NCBI GenBank assembly: GCA_001662655.1
Contig: KV460239.1
Length of the DNA stretch: 44,269 nt
DNA from: Pseudogymnoascus verrucosus
Lineage: Eukaryota
Reading direction: 5' to 3' (one strand)
The notes beneath the pieces are model-generated. The model saw nothing but the letters and a program-made list of their open reading frames with translations. It made no database searches and was not told where the DNA came from. Shown piece after piece: positions 1-10,706 of the stretch. The first letter of the stretch is position 1. Each line of letters starts with the position of its first letter. The translations under genes were made by a program, and so were the position numbers.

Positions 1-1
1 G

Positions 2-319
2 TTCGATGTGGGGATCTTAGAAGGAGGGGAGAAAGGGTTGAGGGGATTGTTTTTAGCGACGCAGCGAGCGCATTTTAAGAGCGGGAGTGTGAGGAAGTTG
101 GAGGTTGCTGTGAGGGTTTATGGGGGATTGTTAGGGGTGGGGGAGGAGGAGAGGGAGGTGGAGAAGGTGCTGGTGAGGATGCTGAGGCATCCGTTTCCTG
201 GCGTGAGGAAGGCGGTGGAGGATGTATTGTGGGTTGGCAGGGGAGTGGGGAAGGGCGGGGTGGGGGTTCAGGGGGTGAAGAAGGCATTGGAGGAGAAGTG
301 GGAGAGTGGTGGTGAGTGA
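2..319 (+). CDS. 3' end of a gene running in from the left edge; probable tubulin-folding cofactor D C-terminus
   Basis: Open frame from the window start to TGA at 319. The peptide QRAHFKSGSVRKLEVAVRVYGGL...MLRHPFPGVRKAVEDVLW resembles the C-terminus of fungal beta-tubulin cofactor D (LLHPFPxVR-type motif). Recognised from memory. Confidence 0.65.
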   Translation, partial: FDVGILEGGEKGLRGLFLATQRAHFKSGSVRKLEVAVRVYGGLLGVGEEEREVEKVLVRMLRHPFPGVRKAVEDVLWVGRGVGKGGVGVQGVKKALEEKWESGGE

Positions 320-738
320 TGCTGGGGTTATCCTCGGGAAAGCTGTATAAAGTTGGCGCAGTCAAGATTTATTAAAATAACATCCTAGTTTAATTCTATG
401 CCATGAAGTACTGGCGCTGATTAGCTAACCCGGTTTGCTCTTGTCCGCTGTAAGGATCGTCAGAAACCCATACGGTTTATCAAACCAATCTTCCCAGCCC
501 ATCTTTCCCGAGGACCAGAATCTCTCAAGAGCATAATTGCAAACGGACGCCGCCGCGCAGCATCCGTTCGTGTGCGACTCCCGTCGGCTCTCCAGACGAA
601 GCTGAAGGTTCGTAGCCGGCACCACGGACAGGTGGGAGTTCGACTTTGCCGGCCGACCTCTCGGGAAGATTCCGTCTTCGAGGCCAGGGGCATTTAAAGT
701 CCGCCCCCAAGACCCCTATAACAATATTAGCCCATTCT

Positions 739-1119
739 CTAATCGAAATTAAAGGTCGCAAAGGCGCTAAAATTCCGTGGAGCGCGGGCGCGCTGTTCCG
801 TGACCAGTGTCTCCAGTAATTCGACCATCCGATCATCCACTTCGGCACGGCGTCGTCCCTGGCGTACAAGTCGGCGGAGGTCCTTCGCTATCAACCGTTG
901 CATCCAGTCCTTGTTTACCTGCCTGGCAGTCGGCTTGGGGGAGGAACCACGGGCAACAGTTGCATTAACGATTATCGTAGGGCGTAGAGCTTTGGCCGTC
1001 TCACCGTTAGGCCGAAAGAACGCCCAAGTTTGCAAAAGAGCGTGGGGTGTCGCACAAAATCCGAGGACCAGGGCGGCGGCGGCGAGGGTGGTTTCAACGA
1101 TGTCCCGAACGGACCACAT
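739..1119 (-). CDS. Small hypothetical protein (126 aa) with an N-terminal hydrophobic segment
   Basis: ATG at 1119 (MWSVRDIVETTLAAAALVLGFCATPHALL...). A hydrophobic helix is followed by a charged helical region. No family recognised. Confidence 0.35.
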   Translation of the reverse strand: MWSVRDIVETTLAAAALVLGFCATPHALLQTWAFFRPNGETAKALRPTIIVNATVARGSSPKPTARQVNKDWMQRLIAKDLRRLVRQGRRRAEVDDRMVELLETLVTEQRARAPRNFSAFATFNFD

Positions 1120-1307
1120 TGCGAGCGAGAGTGTGTGGATGTAAACGAGCGTGCGCGAAGAGGAGAAGAGAAGGGAAAAGGGAAATCCACAACAAGACGG
1201 GGATATATATGGCACGGTGGCATAGCATTTTAGGAAAGAGCAACGGATAGATGATAATGTGCATTTAGTTGTAGAAGGCATAACTCATAGCATCGTCGCT
1301 TCCTCAC

Positions 1308-2519
1308 TTAGAATTTAGGGACGAGCCTGCCGTTTCTAACCATATAACCTATTCCAACTTCTTTACCTAATACGGTAACATTAATGGGCCATGACCAATA
1401 GCTCGGCGTGCGTAGGTCCTTCTTATCCTTCTCGGTCAGAAGGGAATCAAACTTAAATTCGGTGTTCTGCTCAAAGGCGGCACAGATGGAACCTCGCTGA
1501 TACGTGAGTTTTTTCCGCCGTTCAGAACCATCGAGTCGAATTCTCCGCTTAAAGTCATTTGAATCTCGCCCCTGTCCTAAATCCATCCATATTGTGATAA
1601 ACAGCGCGTTTCCCGCCTTCCCATAGCTCTTAAAATCAACTCTAAACTCGGTGTGGCAATGCTGGCAATATATTATACCTTGCTTGTTCTCATATCCGTG
1701 AATTTCGTCAACTTGCGGGACCCGAATCCCCCACCAGTATAGGTCTGTCATCTCCGCAAGGGGTATATGACGACAGATTCCAAAGCCACCACACCATGGG
1801 AGAGGAGTTTTCTCTGTATCTGGAATCATGAATACCTTCTGCTCACGAACGAAAAGCGAGCCGTCGCAATTCGAGCCGTTCCAATTCGAGCCATCGCAAT
1901 TCGAGCTGTCGCAAATCGAGCCGTGGTAAATCCGCGCTTCAGCCGTGTGGAGTTCCACAAAGCCTATCTGATATTTCTCTAGATTTCTATAGGACAATAG
2001 GCGTAGAAGAGTGGTAGTGTCTTTCCCTTGTCTGTGGGATTTCATAGCCATGCGGAAGATGGTCGAAGAGAATCCGCCTGGAATTCCACCAATGTAATGG
2101 CCCTTTGAATCTGCAATTCGACACTTCAACGAATCTTTTCTAACGGGCGAATATAATTGGGATGCCAGGTGACGTTCAGCGAAAGGCATATAATGTAGTT
2201 TATTGCATTCCGGGCAGACGATGTGAGCTGGTAAATCTCGTTCTAGTAAATGGAGGAATCTGTTCATGACAGAGTATTCAGCTTTTTTAAGAGGCTGTAG
2301 ATACATCATCGTAAGACATGAATATAGGTGAAGACACGATAGACTTAAACTTGCAACTGATTCGAGCGGTAGAGAGCTTGCTATGTGGTAGATGAGTTCT
2401 AGTGGGAGCTCCCGGAAAGGCGACGATTCTAGTGCGCTCGGTCGAACTATGGGGAGAGCTGGGTCCGTTTTGGAGAGATGCCATCCAAGACGCTCAAATA
2501 TGCGAAAAACTAAATCCAT
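1308..2519 (-). CDS. F-box domain protein (403 aa)
   Basis: Single ORF with an F-box motif near the N-terminus (FRELPLELIYHIASSLPLESVASLSLSCLHLY). Also has CPECNKLH and CQHCHTEF Cys pairs. Confidence 0.85.
   Translation of the reverse strand: MDLVFRIFERLGWHLSKTDPALPIVRPSALESSPFRELPLELIYHIASSLPLESVASLSLSCLHLYSCLTMMYLQPLKKAEYSVMNRFLHLLERDLPAHIVCPECNKLHYMPFAERHLASQLYSPVRKDSLKCRIADSKGHYIGGIPGGFSSTIFRMAMKSHRQGKDTTTLLRLLSYRNLEKYQIGFVELHTAEARIYHGSICDSSNCDGSNWNGSNCDGSLFVREQKVFMIPDTEKTPLPWCGGFGICRHIPLAEMTDLYWWGIRVPQVDEIHGYENKQGIIYCQHCHTEFRVDFKSYGKAGNALFITIWMDLGQGRDSNDFKRRIRLDGSERRKKLTYQRGSICAAFEQNTEFKFDSLLTEKDKKDLRTPSYWSWPINVTVLGKEVGIGYMVRNGRLVPKF
1858..1932. repeat. 15-bp in-frame tandem repeat (5 units, GAGCCGTCGCAATTC-like) inside the F-box gene
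   Basis: gagccgtcgcaattc gagccgttccaattc gagccatcgcaattc gagctgtcgcaaatc gagccgtggtaaatc. Encodes IYHGS-ICDSS-NCDGS-NWNGS-NCDGS. Confidence 0.85.
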
Positions 2520-3281
2520 TTCGAAGTATAATGCCGTGAAAGTATGCCGTGCAAGGCAAAGGTCAGAAATGGTAATTGTGCAATAGCATCCGGACTTCTG
2601 GTAGAAATATGGAAAGTTGCCGAAGCCACCACATGGCGTGGGTTATAACCACTACTATGGGATGTATGTGGACTATTTATACATCATTCGAAGAATAAGA
2701 CCATGATTTTAACGTTTGGTGGCGCTATTTTAGTAAGTTAGGGGGGGCTCGTTCCAAGTAAGTATTAAACTTAAAATGATAATTCTAACCTAAGAAAATT
2801 AGTATGACATGATTTATCTATTCACTGCCGAGAAAGTAAGGGGTTATACGCACATAGTGGTATAGATTAATATTTCAGTGTTGTAGTATAGCTTAGACTT
2901 TGGACTTCCCCACTAAAGGAAACTAAATAGCGCTCAATTATTTACCGCCACAATAATAAGTTAGTTCCTCAGAGAAGAGCGAAAGTAATAATTTTGACGA
3001 AAGTAATACTCTTAAATATGGCCAGACATTTATATCTAAGGCTTATGGAGGAATTTTTACAGCCTGAAGAGGCACTATACTATATGTACCCAGTGCTGAG
3101 GGATATTATGATACGACACATGACAAAACACTAAAACAAAATCAATTTATGGTTATTGTCAACTCCTGTCCTCGTTACATATCAGTTATACATGTTGTCG
3201 TTACATATCCTGGGTATACCCAATCCAACTCCATCGCCGCTAATAATACATGGTAAAAACATAACCCAAAGCGCCCGCCCA

Positions 3282-5751
3282 CTAACTCCGTCTCTGAAGT
3301 CTCAATCCTACCTTCTCCTCCTCAAGCAAATACCCCTTCCTCCTATCTACCTCCTGCACACCTGCCACCATCTTCTCGAACTTCTTCTTCCGCTCCCTGC
3401 CGCCCTCCCCATTAAACGTCATCTTCACATGATTCAACTTCTCCTTCTGACCTCCTCCTCGAGGATCATTATAATGTGCCCCCAGAGCCGCCAAATTCAC
3501 CATGCCACCTCTCCACCACTCCGCCAGAAGCGCACCTGTACCAAATCGTTTCGCAGGCCCCATAATAGAGGCGTGCGTGCATGGAGTGCCACCTTTCTGA
3601 CATGAACAGTTCCTCTTATCCAGCACGGCTTTGAGCGCTCCAATAGGGATCTTGAGCAGGGTAAGCCCACCGCCGCTATCACCCATCTCTCCCTGCGACA
3701 TACGCGAGGGGGGCAGCTTCTCAGGGCGAAGGAACATCACCACGAGCGGCTCGCGCAGGGATTCGAAGATAAAGGCCTCGGTGTTGCTGTCGCGCGGGTC
3801 GGAAAGCGAGGTTACGTCTGCAATGGTGGTTGCCGCGCTACGAACTGAGAAAGAGGTGGCTCTTGACGACTGGAAGGAACTTTTCGAGGAGAAGAAGATA
3901 GATTTGCGTGGCGAAGAAAGGCGGGCCGATGAATCGTTGGAGGATTGACGGCGGGCCGTTGCCATGGAGGCATTGGAATTGGATGGTGGGCGTATGGTAC
4001 TTGCTGACGTCGCGTGGGAGGGATTATCGTAGGGAACGGGCAAGGGGCTCTGTGCAGGAACGCTGGGCGAGAAACTCCAGATCTGGATGCGCGCCTTGTA
4101 GTGTGTTGGCTTGTCGGCCATGACAATCACGTCGACGTCAATGATGTCGTCGACGATACGGTAGCCTGTAATGGCTTCCTGAAAGCTGTAGAGAGATTGA
4201 TATGTCTGGAAACTAAGGAGGTTGTCGTGCGTGGGCATGCCGGATGTGTAGAGTCCGATATCCATACCAGAGGTCTGATTTTGAGGATCTGCATAGATAG
4301 GACTGAGAGTAACGGTACGGAGGTTAATTTCTCGACTGTACTATCTGTTAGCGTGGGTAGTATAAAAATCGTAGGAGGGGGCACTTGCGATCGTAATTCT
4401 CTAGTTCGCTCCAATGCAGAGGTCTCTTTAGTGATCATTTCCAGGATAGTCTCGGTCTGGCGGAGTAATACAAGAGACCTTTGTCGTTCGGGGTTCAAGT
4501 GTACCAGCGGAGTCCGCAAAATTGTCTTCATATCGTCAATTTCCGATGCATGAGGACGGTCATAACTGCGCACAGGTATAGGCCAGGTCAGAAAGGCCTC
4601 TTCTCCGAGTAGGCCTAGAGACATTTCGTCCGGTTCGTTTTTAACCCTGTACAGGTTTACTGGCCTATCCGAGTGTTGATTGAAGGCGTACAAACACTTC
4701 TTCGCCAGGTCTTCAACAAAGTATTTCAGAAGCTGGTTACCACGTGCGCAAGAGTCCACGTATTCGGCGCTGCTTTCGATTTTCTGGATGAGCCAGATGC
4801 TTCGCATCATACCAACATATTGTCTGGGCCACTGTGTTGGAGAGGCTGGCTGGACACCACGTGAACGCGACAGCCTGGCAGCCGCAGCCTCTTCCTCATA
4901 ATGCTGAAGGAATGCATTGATGCCATCATGCATTGGGAATGTATCACCAGATGCAGCTCTTGGTTTGGCATCTATAGATAGCTTTTCAAATCTGTGGAGT
5001 AAATATGGTGGTATGACGATCTGCTGGCATCGAACATCTTCCTGGGCGCCAATCGTTCGGGCATCTCCAAGTATAAGCTCCTTGATCTGACCCAGTACTA
5101 GTAGCATGGCTTCGCCATAGTGAATCACCAGAGACTGGATATCGAGGAGTAGTTTTCTGTTGAATTGTTAGCAGCATGTTTTAAAAGTACGGATGATAGG
5201 AACGTACAGCTCAAGAGGTTTCAGTAGTGCGATGATCTTGATATTATGAAACATGACCTTCTTGTGAAGTATTGTAACTTCGTCCTGGACAAATCCGTTC
5301 CAGATTATATTGCAGATGAAACCACCCTTCTCTTCGAAGCAGTCTCGACGTGTTAACAGCCGCGAACATTCCTGAACAGTAGTGTAGGGATCGTCGAGTA
5401 TTGCGTTGAGATCTCTAGTATCATAAAAGCTGGAGGTACCTGGGATAGGACACGGTGGAATGCTTTGGACTTTTTCGAAGATTATTTCCAGTTGATGGAG
5501 ATTTGTATGCAGGGCGTGGACCGATTGGCCGAATTCGGTATATTGAGTGTCTGGAAAGAACAGAGGTCAGACAGATAGTCCACAATATCATCCACAAAGC
5601 AAGTCGAACTCTAGAAAATAAGAATGCGAGGAGTTTGTTTGGTATTATTCCAGTGCTTACTTGAGTTATAGATTTCTGTGAAGCCATACTGATAGAGTTT
5701 AAGCGTGAAGTTCGCACACTTCGCGATATCGCTAATGCTAATGAAGGACAT
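3282..5751 (-). CDS. Hypothetical fungal protein (~754 aa, 4 exons) with a HeLo/SesA-like N-terminal helical region
   Basis: Exons 5751-5661, 5550-5208, 5156-4385 and 4340-3282. Introns are GTAAGC..CAG, GTACGT..GCTAAC..CAG and GTGCCC..GCTAAC..TAG, and the phases join the ORF-track fragments into one frame. Begins MSFISISDIAKCANFTLKLYQYGF. Confidence 0.75.
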
Positions 5752-7245
5752 CGTCGTGGCACGCGCTATTCAGCGCCCAATAAGTGTGTTTCGCAGTTAT
5801 GGAGTATAGTTTTGATAAGATCAGCAGAATGTCTGGGATGGGTGCGTCGACTGTTTTAAGTATGACTTGGGGCGGAGCAATCCAGTTGAAGGCAAGGCAG
5901 CTGCAGGTTCATGGATACAAATTAAACAACATGCATGTCATTCAGCTCTAGTCGAACACGATCCGAGTCACTGGTAACCTCAGGCAAGGGTAAAAAGGAA
6001 ATATAATAGAGCCATATGCAGGGACTCGCGTCCGTCACAGAGGAGGAAACCAACTCCGTGGGTGGGTGATAAGGCTGGCGGCTCGGTGAAGACGGAAGCA
6101 ACGAGGGAGAAAATTGGCAATATGTCTGCGTAACCTTTGCGCAGCTGCTTCGTATTTAGGAAGGGTGGCGCGTGTAAGCGGTCTTGTGAGGAGGAAGGAA
6201 CGCCTGGATGTGTGCCTCCCTTATCTCTTATTCTTGACCGACTTGTATTGCGGGAGAGACAGGGTATTTTTGGCGCCCGTGGTGTATGGCACTTGTGCCG
6301 CTGTCGTCCTGTTCCAAGAGGGGCTGTGAAGAGCTACCGAGGAAGAGAATCGATGACGAGCATGCCATTTGTCCTGGCCTTATCTCATCCACCGGCCCGT
6401 GACGACGCAATGGTGGTCATGGTGGGTGGACACAGTGTTTCGAAACGAGCTTCTGCCTTGCCTTGCACTGTACACTTACACTACTGCACTACTACTGCAT
6501 TACTCCAGTCCGAATGGGAAGTGAGGCTGCTGTGAGGCTGTGAAGGTGCAGGGCCAAGGCGACGTAGATGCTTATGATTGACGGGAAGCTTGACGGGGAG
6601 CCGGCTGTTAGCACGCGACATCAATATTAACCGGATTAGCTGCATCAACCCCATACATACCCCACACCCAATCAGGAATAGTTACGCGACTCAGCTTTTA
6701 ATATTGAAAAATGACCAGCCCTTGAAAGGCTGAAGAAGCGCCAGATCTAGTGAGTGCTGCTCGAATAGTATTTTTTATAATTATATCATTTAACTAAGAT
6801 TTATGCATCAATTGTGGATGGTTTCTTGGAAATTACCATACTCGCTCGCCGTATCATACATAGCCGAGCATGCACTCATCACCCATATACGACATATCAT
6901 GTGGCACGCATTCACACCGGTGCGTCAATTGCTTCCTCTTCTGTCCCAGCCTTCTCCCTCCCACCCTACTGGAACTGTCACTACCGGGATAGTTAGTAGC
7001 TAAACTGTTATCAGGGACGGGACACCCTCGAGGCTGTGCACGCACCTCAACTTATCACTTGTGGTCAACCCGTGGTGAGGCTCTCCAGCCTCCCAGCCTC
7101 GTACAAGCGTGGACGCCACGAAACAAATTCAATATGTGTAGCGCCCTGACGTGTAGGTATATTCTATATCTACCTCGCCTGTCCCGCTTGTGCTGGCCTT
7201 CTATGCACCCTGTAGTCTCATTTGCACACATGCCTCGGATCTGAC

Positions 7246-9396
7246 ATGTCGATACCGATCGAGCAAGGCTCGAATATACCAATGACCGAATACTCCTACT
7301 CCAACTCGCCCTCTCCTTTTAGCGTAGCTAAAAGCTACGACGATGGCCGCAGCGTAGACAGTGTCAGTCCCATACCTACTAACCCCCAGGCTAAGAACCG
7401 GGAGTCGAATACGCCGGCTTATGGAAATGGAGTCCCGGCTACTGCCCCCAATCAACCGGGTGGCATGGGCCTGGCGCCCGAAGATGAATTCTTGCTCAAC
7501 GAAGCCGATGTCCATGCGAAGGCTGTTGCAAAGCCAATGCGACTGGGCTCTCTAACAGTGATGTGCTTGATTTTTAACCGCATGATTGGTGAGTTTTGAG
7601 AACTTTCAGTCTGAGGCACTGAATGAAGAAGACTCGTTCTAACGTTCTGAGAAGGCACGGGTATTTTTCGGACGCCAGCTGTGGTCTATAGTTATACACA
7701 GTCCCGAGATATCAGTATGGCTTGGTGGGCATTGGGCGCTGTTTCTGCCATAGCCGGTATTCTGGTGTACATGGAACTCGGCCTCACCATTCCCATATAC
7801 AGGATTGGCGGCATAGAAGTCTCGGTCCCGCGAAGCGGAGGAGAACTCAACTACGTTTGTCTCCTCCTAGTTATTGACAAGTTCCAGTACTAACATGGTG
7901 CCTAGCTAAAACACATCTTCAGAAAGCCCGCCTTTTTCACCACTTGCGTGTTCGGCATTGCTTTCATTCTCCTCGGCCATGTGGCTATGAATGCGATCGC
8001 TTTTGCAACCTCTGTCATGGAAGCATCAGGCCAAATCAACCACCCTAACAGTGAAGCCGCTATTAGGGGAATCGCCATATGCACAGCGTTCGCTGCCTGC
8101 TTCATCCACGGCGTTTGGCGCCAAGGTGGCATCATCCTCAACAATATCCTTGCTACCGTCAAAATTGCCATCCTCATCTTTATGTTTATTCTCGGCATGC
8201 TCGCCACAAGGGATGATATCTTCCCCCCTGTATCCGCCACCCAGTTCCCCCCGACCCCCTCGCGAGAATCAAGAGCCAGCGCCTACACCTACGCCGAGGC
8301 ATTCCTCGCCATCATCTTCGCATTCGGCGGCTTTAATCAGGCCAACTACGTTATCGGGGAAGTGGATGACCCAAGACGCCGCTACAAATGGCCCGCATTC
8401 TCTGCCGTCGTGATCGTCTCCATACTCTACCTCTTAGTCAACGGCGCCTACTTCGCCGCCGTCCCCGTCGAGTATTTCTCCGCCGAAGACCCCTTCAACG
8501 TCGCCCACCGCCTCTTTCTCTTCACCCTAGGCACCATCTCACCCGCCTGGGAGGCCCGCGCGCCGAAACTACTATCGGCATTCATGGCCGTCTCCAGCCT
8601 CGGCAACATCATAGTCATGACCTACACCGCCGCGCGCGTCAAGCAAGAAATCGCCAAAGAAGGCATCCTCCCCTTCCGCAGCCTCCTCTCGCGCTCCTAC
8701 CCCTCAGTCCGCATCCCAATCCGCGCCCTCTGGGGTTCCAAGCGCCCAACCCTCCGCGAAGATGTCCCACTCCCCGCTCTCGTCCTTCACTTCTCCGTCT
8801 CCGTAATTCTTATCCTCGCGACCTGGCGCCTCTCCACATCCGCCACCTACACCCTCCTAGTCGACCTGTACTCCTACACCGTCGATGCTGCCTTCGGCGC
8901 TTTCATCGGCTTCGGGCTGCTGTATATGCGCTTCCTCTCCAGCCGCGGATGGGCCGCCCAGTCCCGCGCTAGTGGATTCCAGGTCCCCGCCTATGTCAGT
9001 GGCCCTGCGGCACTCTTTTTCGCCATCGCGAATACGTTCCCTATAGCGGCGAAGTGGGTGCCTCCCGACATGGCAACGAAGGCGTTACTGTTGGTTCCGT
9101 GGTTCACGACGGGGACTGTGGGGACGGTGATTATGGTCGTTGGGGTGCTGTGGTGGGCGGCCTTCCGGTGGGTGGTGCCGAAGGTGGGAAGGGGAAGGGT
9201 GGGAAGGTTTTTGATGGTGACGAGGAAGTTGTGGTTGACGGAGAGGGATGGGTATAAGGTGCTTGAATATGAGGATATTGAGTTTAGATGGGTGACGAGG
9301 GATGGAGAAGACGTGGCCGGGCCGTGGATGGAGAGGCAGGTGGTGGCGGGTAGGGGGGAGACGGAGAGGAGGATGGCGGCCGATGGGAATCTATAG
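7246..9396 (+). CDS. MUP1: APC-superfamily amino acid permease, high-affinity methionine permease-like (~677 aa, 3 exons)
   Basis: Exons 7246-7588, 7655-7854 and 7906-9396. Motifs NRMIGTGIFRTP, PRSGGELNY, FAFGGFNQANYV and RVKQEIAKEGILPF, plus many TM segments. Confidence 0.85.
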
Positions 9397-10706
9397 TGGT
9401 TAAAAGGGTAGAGGGGGTGGCGGAAGATGGACCAGGAGTTCCATGTAATTTGTACGTACTTAGCGTTTTGGATACCCTTTTAATAGACAGCAGTTTTAAG
9501 CGTTTCATGCCTACATGTCTTGATCATAAACCTGGCATGTTATCGGCGTTTATCTTAAACTAATGCACGTGATGCAACTGCGGTTTATGAGATATCTCGT
9601 CTATACTACCAGTGTAAAGTAGATTATCCGCAACCATCAGGAGCCAAGATGTTCCTCCCATCCGATATGTGGGGTTTGTTTCAGCGGCTCCAGTTTATCA
9701 AATAGAGACGGACATACGTGGGCCGTTGAGCGCAACGGGTGGACTTGCTGTATTTATCAATTGTAACTTTTTTATTGGGCGCCCTTCGAGAATGGCATTC
9801 TAGGAAGGGCGGCCCCGACCATCCGATCGTGTCGATGTTTATACTCGGATGCATGTACGTACTCTATACTCGGTGCATTTATATATGGAAATTTCAACAC
9901 GGGATAGCTGGACTCGGCAGCTCGTCAGTCAAACGCAGCTATCACCGAAACCCGCTCACCCCGTCAAACGAGCACGTTTCGTATGAATAACCCAACACGG
10001 CAATTCGTACGTCGAATACTGTGACAACCGAACTCGCATACTCCATAAAGAAACAGTTTTCATATGAATAGCCCGATTTGGCAATTTATGAAGTTGAAGT
10101 CCGTCCCCTTCTTGGAACAGCGCAACCGAGCTCCTGCAAGCGAACTCCGTTCCTGGGACGGAAGTGGGAACATAGGTCCGACGGAAGTCGGCATACTCAT
10201 GGGCCGTCCCAAGAAGGCCAAGCAATTTCGACCGTGGCGCAGCCAACTTTTATCAGTTCTATCCAGTCCACGTCCAATCCTGTCTATCACCGAGGAAATC
10301 GCGGCGTAGCAACATCCTAGCAAGTGCCGTCGCTGGCTTCCCCTCCACTCTAAAAAATCACACTTGCACCGTCTGCTAGCATCTGGAAACCATGTGGGTA
10401 AATGTCTCCCGTTTACAGCCAACCGCGGAGGTGGGGAATCCCCGATCCTTTCCACCAGGGGCCTAATTCAACGTCAAAATTACAATCTACTACTCTTCCA
10501 CCTGCTTGTTCCCTGTTGACCTTCGTGGCCGCGCGTCAATGTTTTCCAGATGTGCTACTAGATCCGCTCTGCTAGCACTTTGTCTGCCCTAGGGCCTTCT
10601 TATCTGTCCCATCACCCGCTGTCACGGTTCCAGTAACCTGAATTTTGTACTGTGTTGTACTCTACCTTCGTTTTGTTGCCGTTTGGAGCGACACACGTGA
10701 TTCGCG

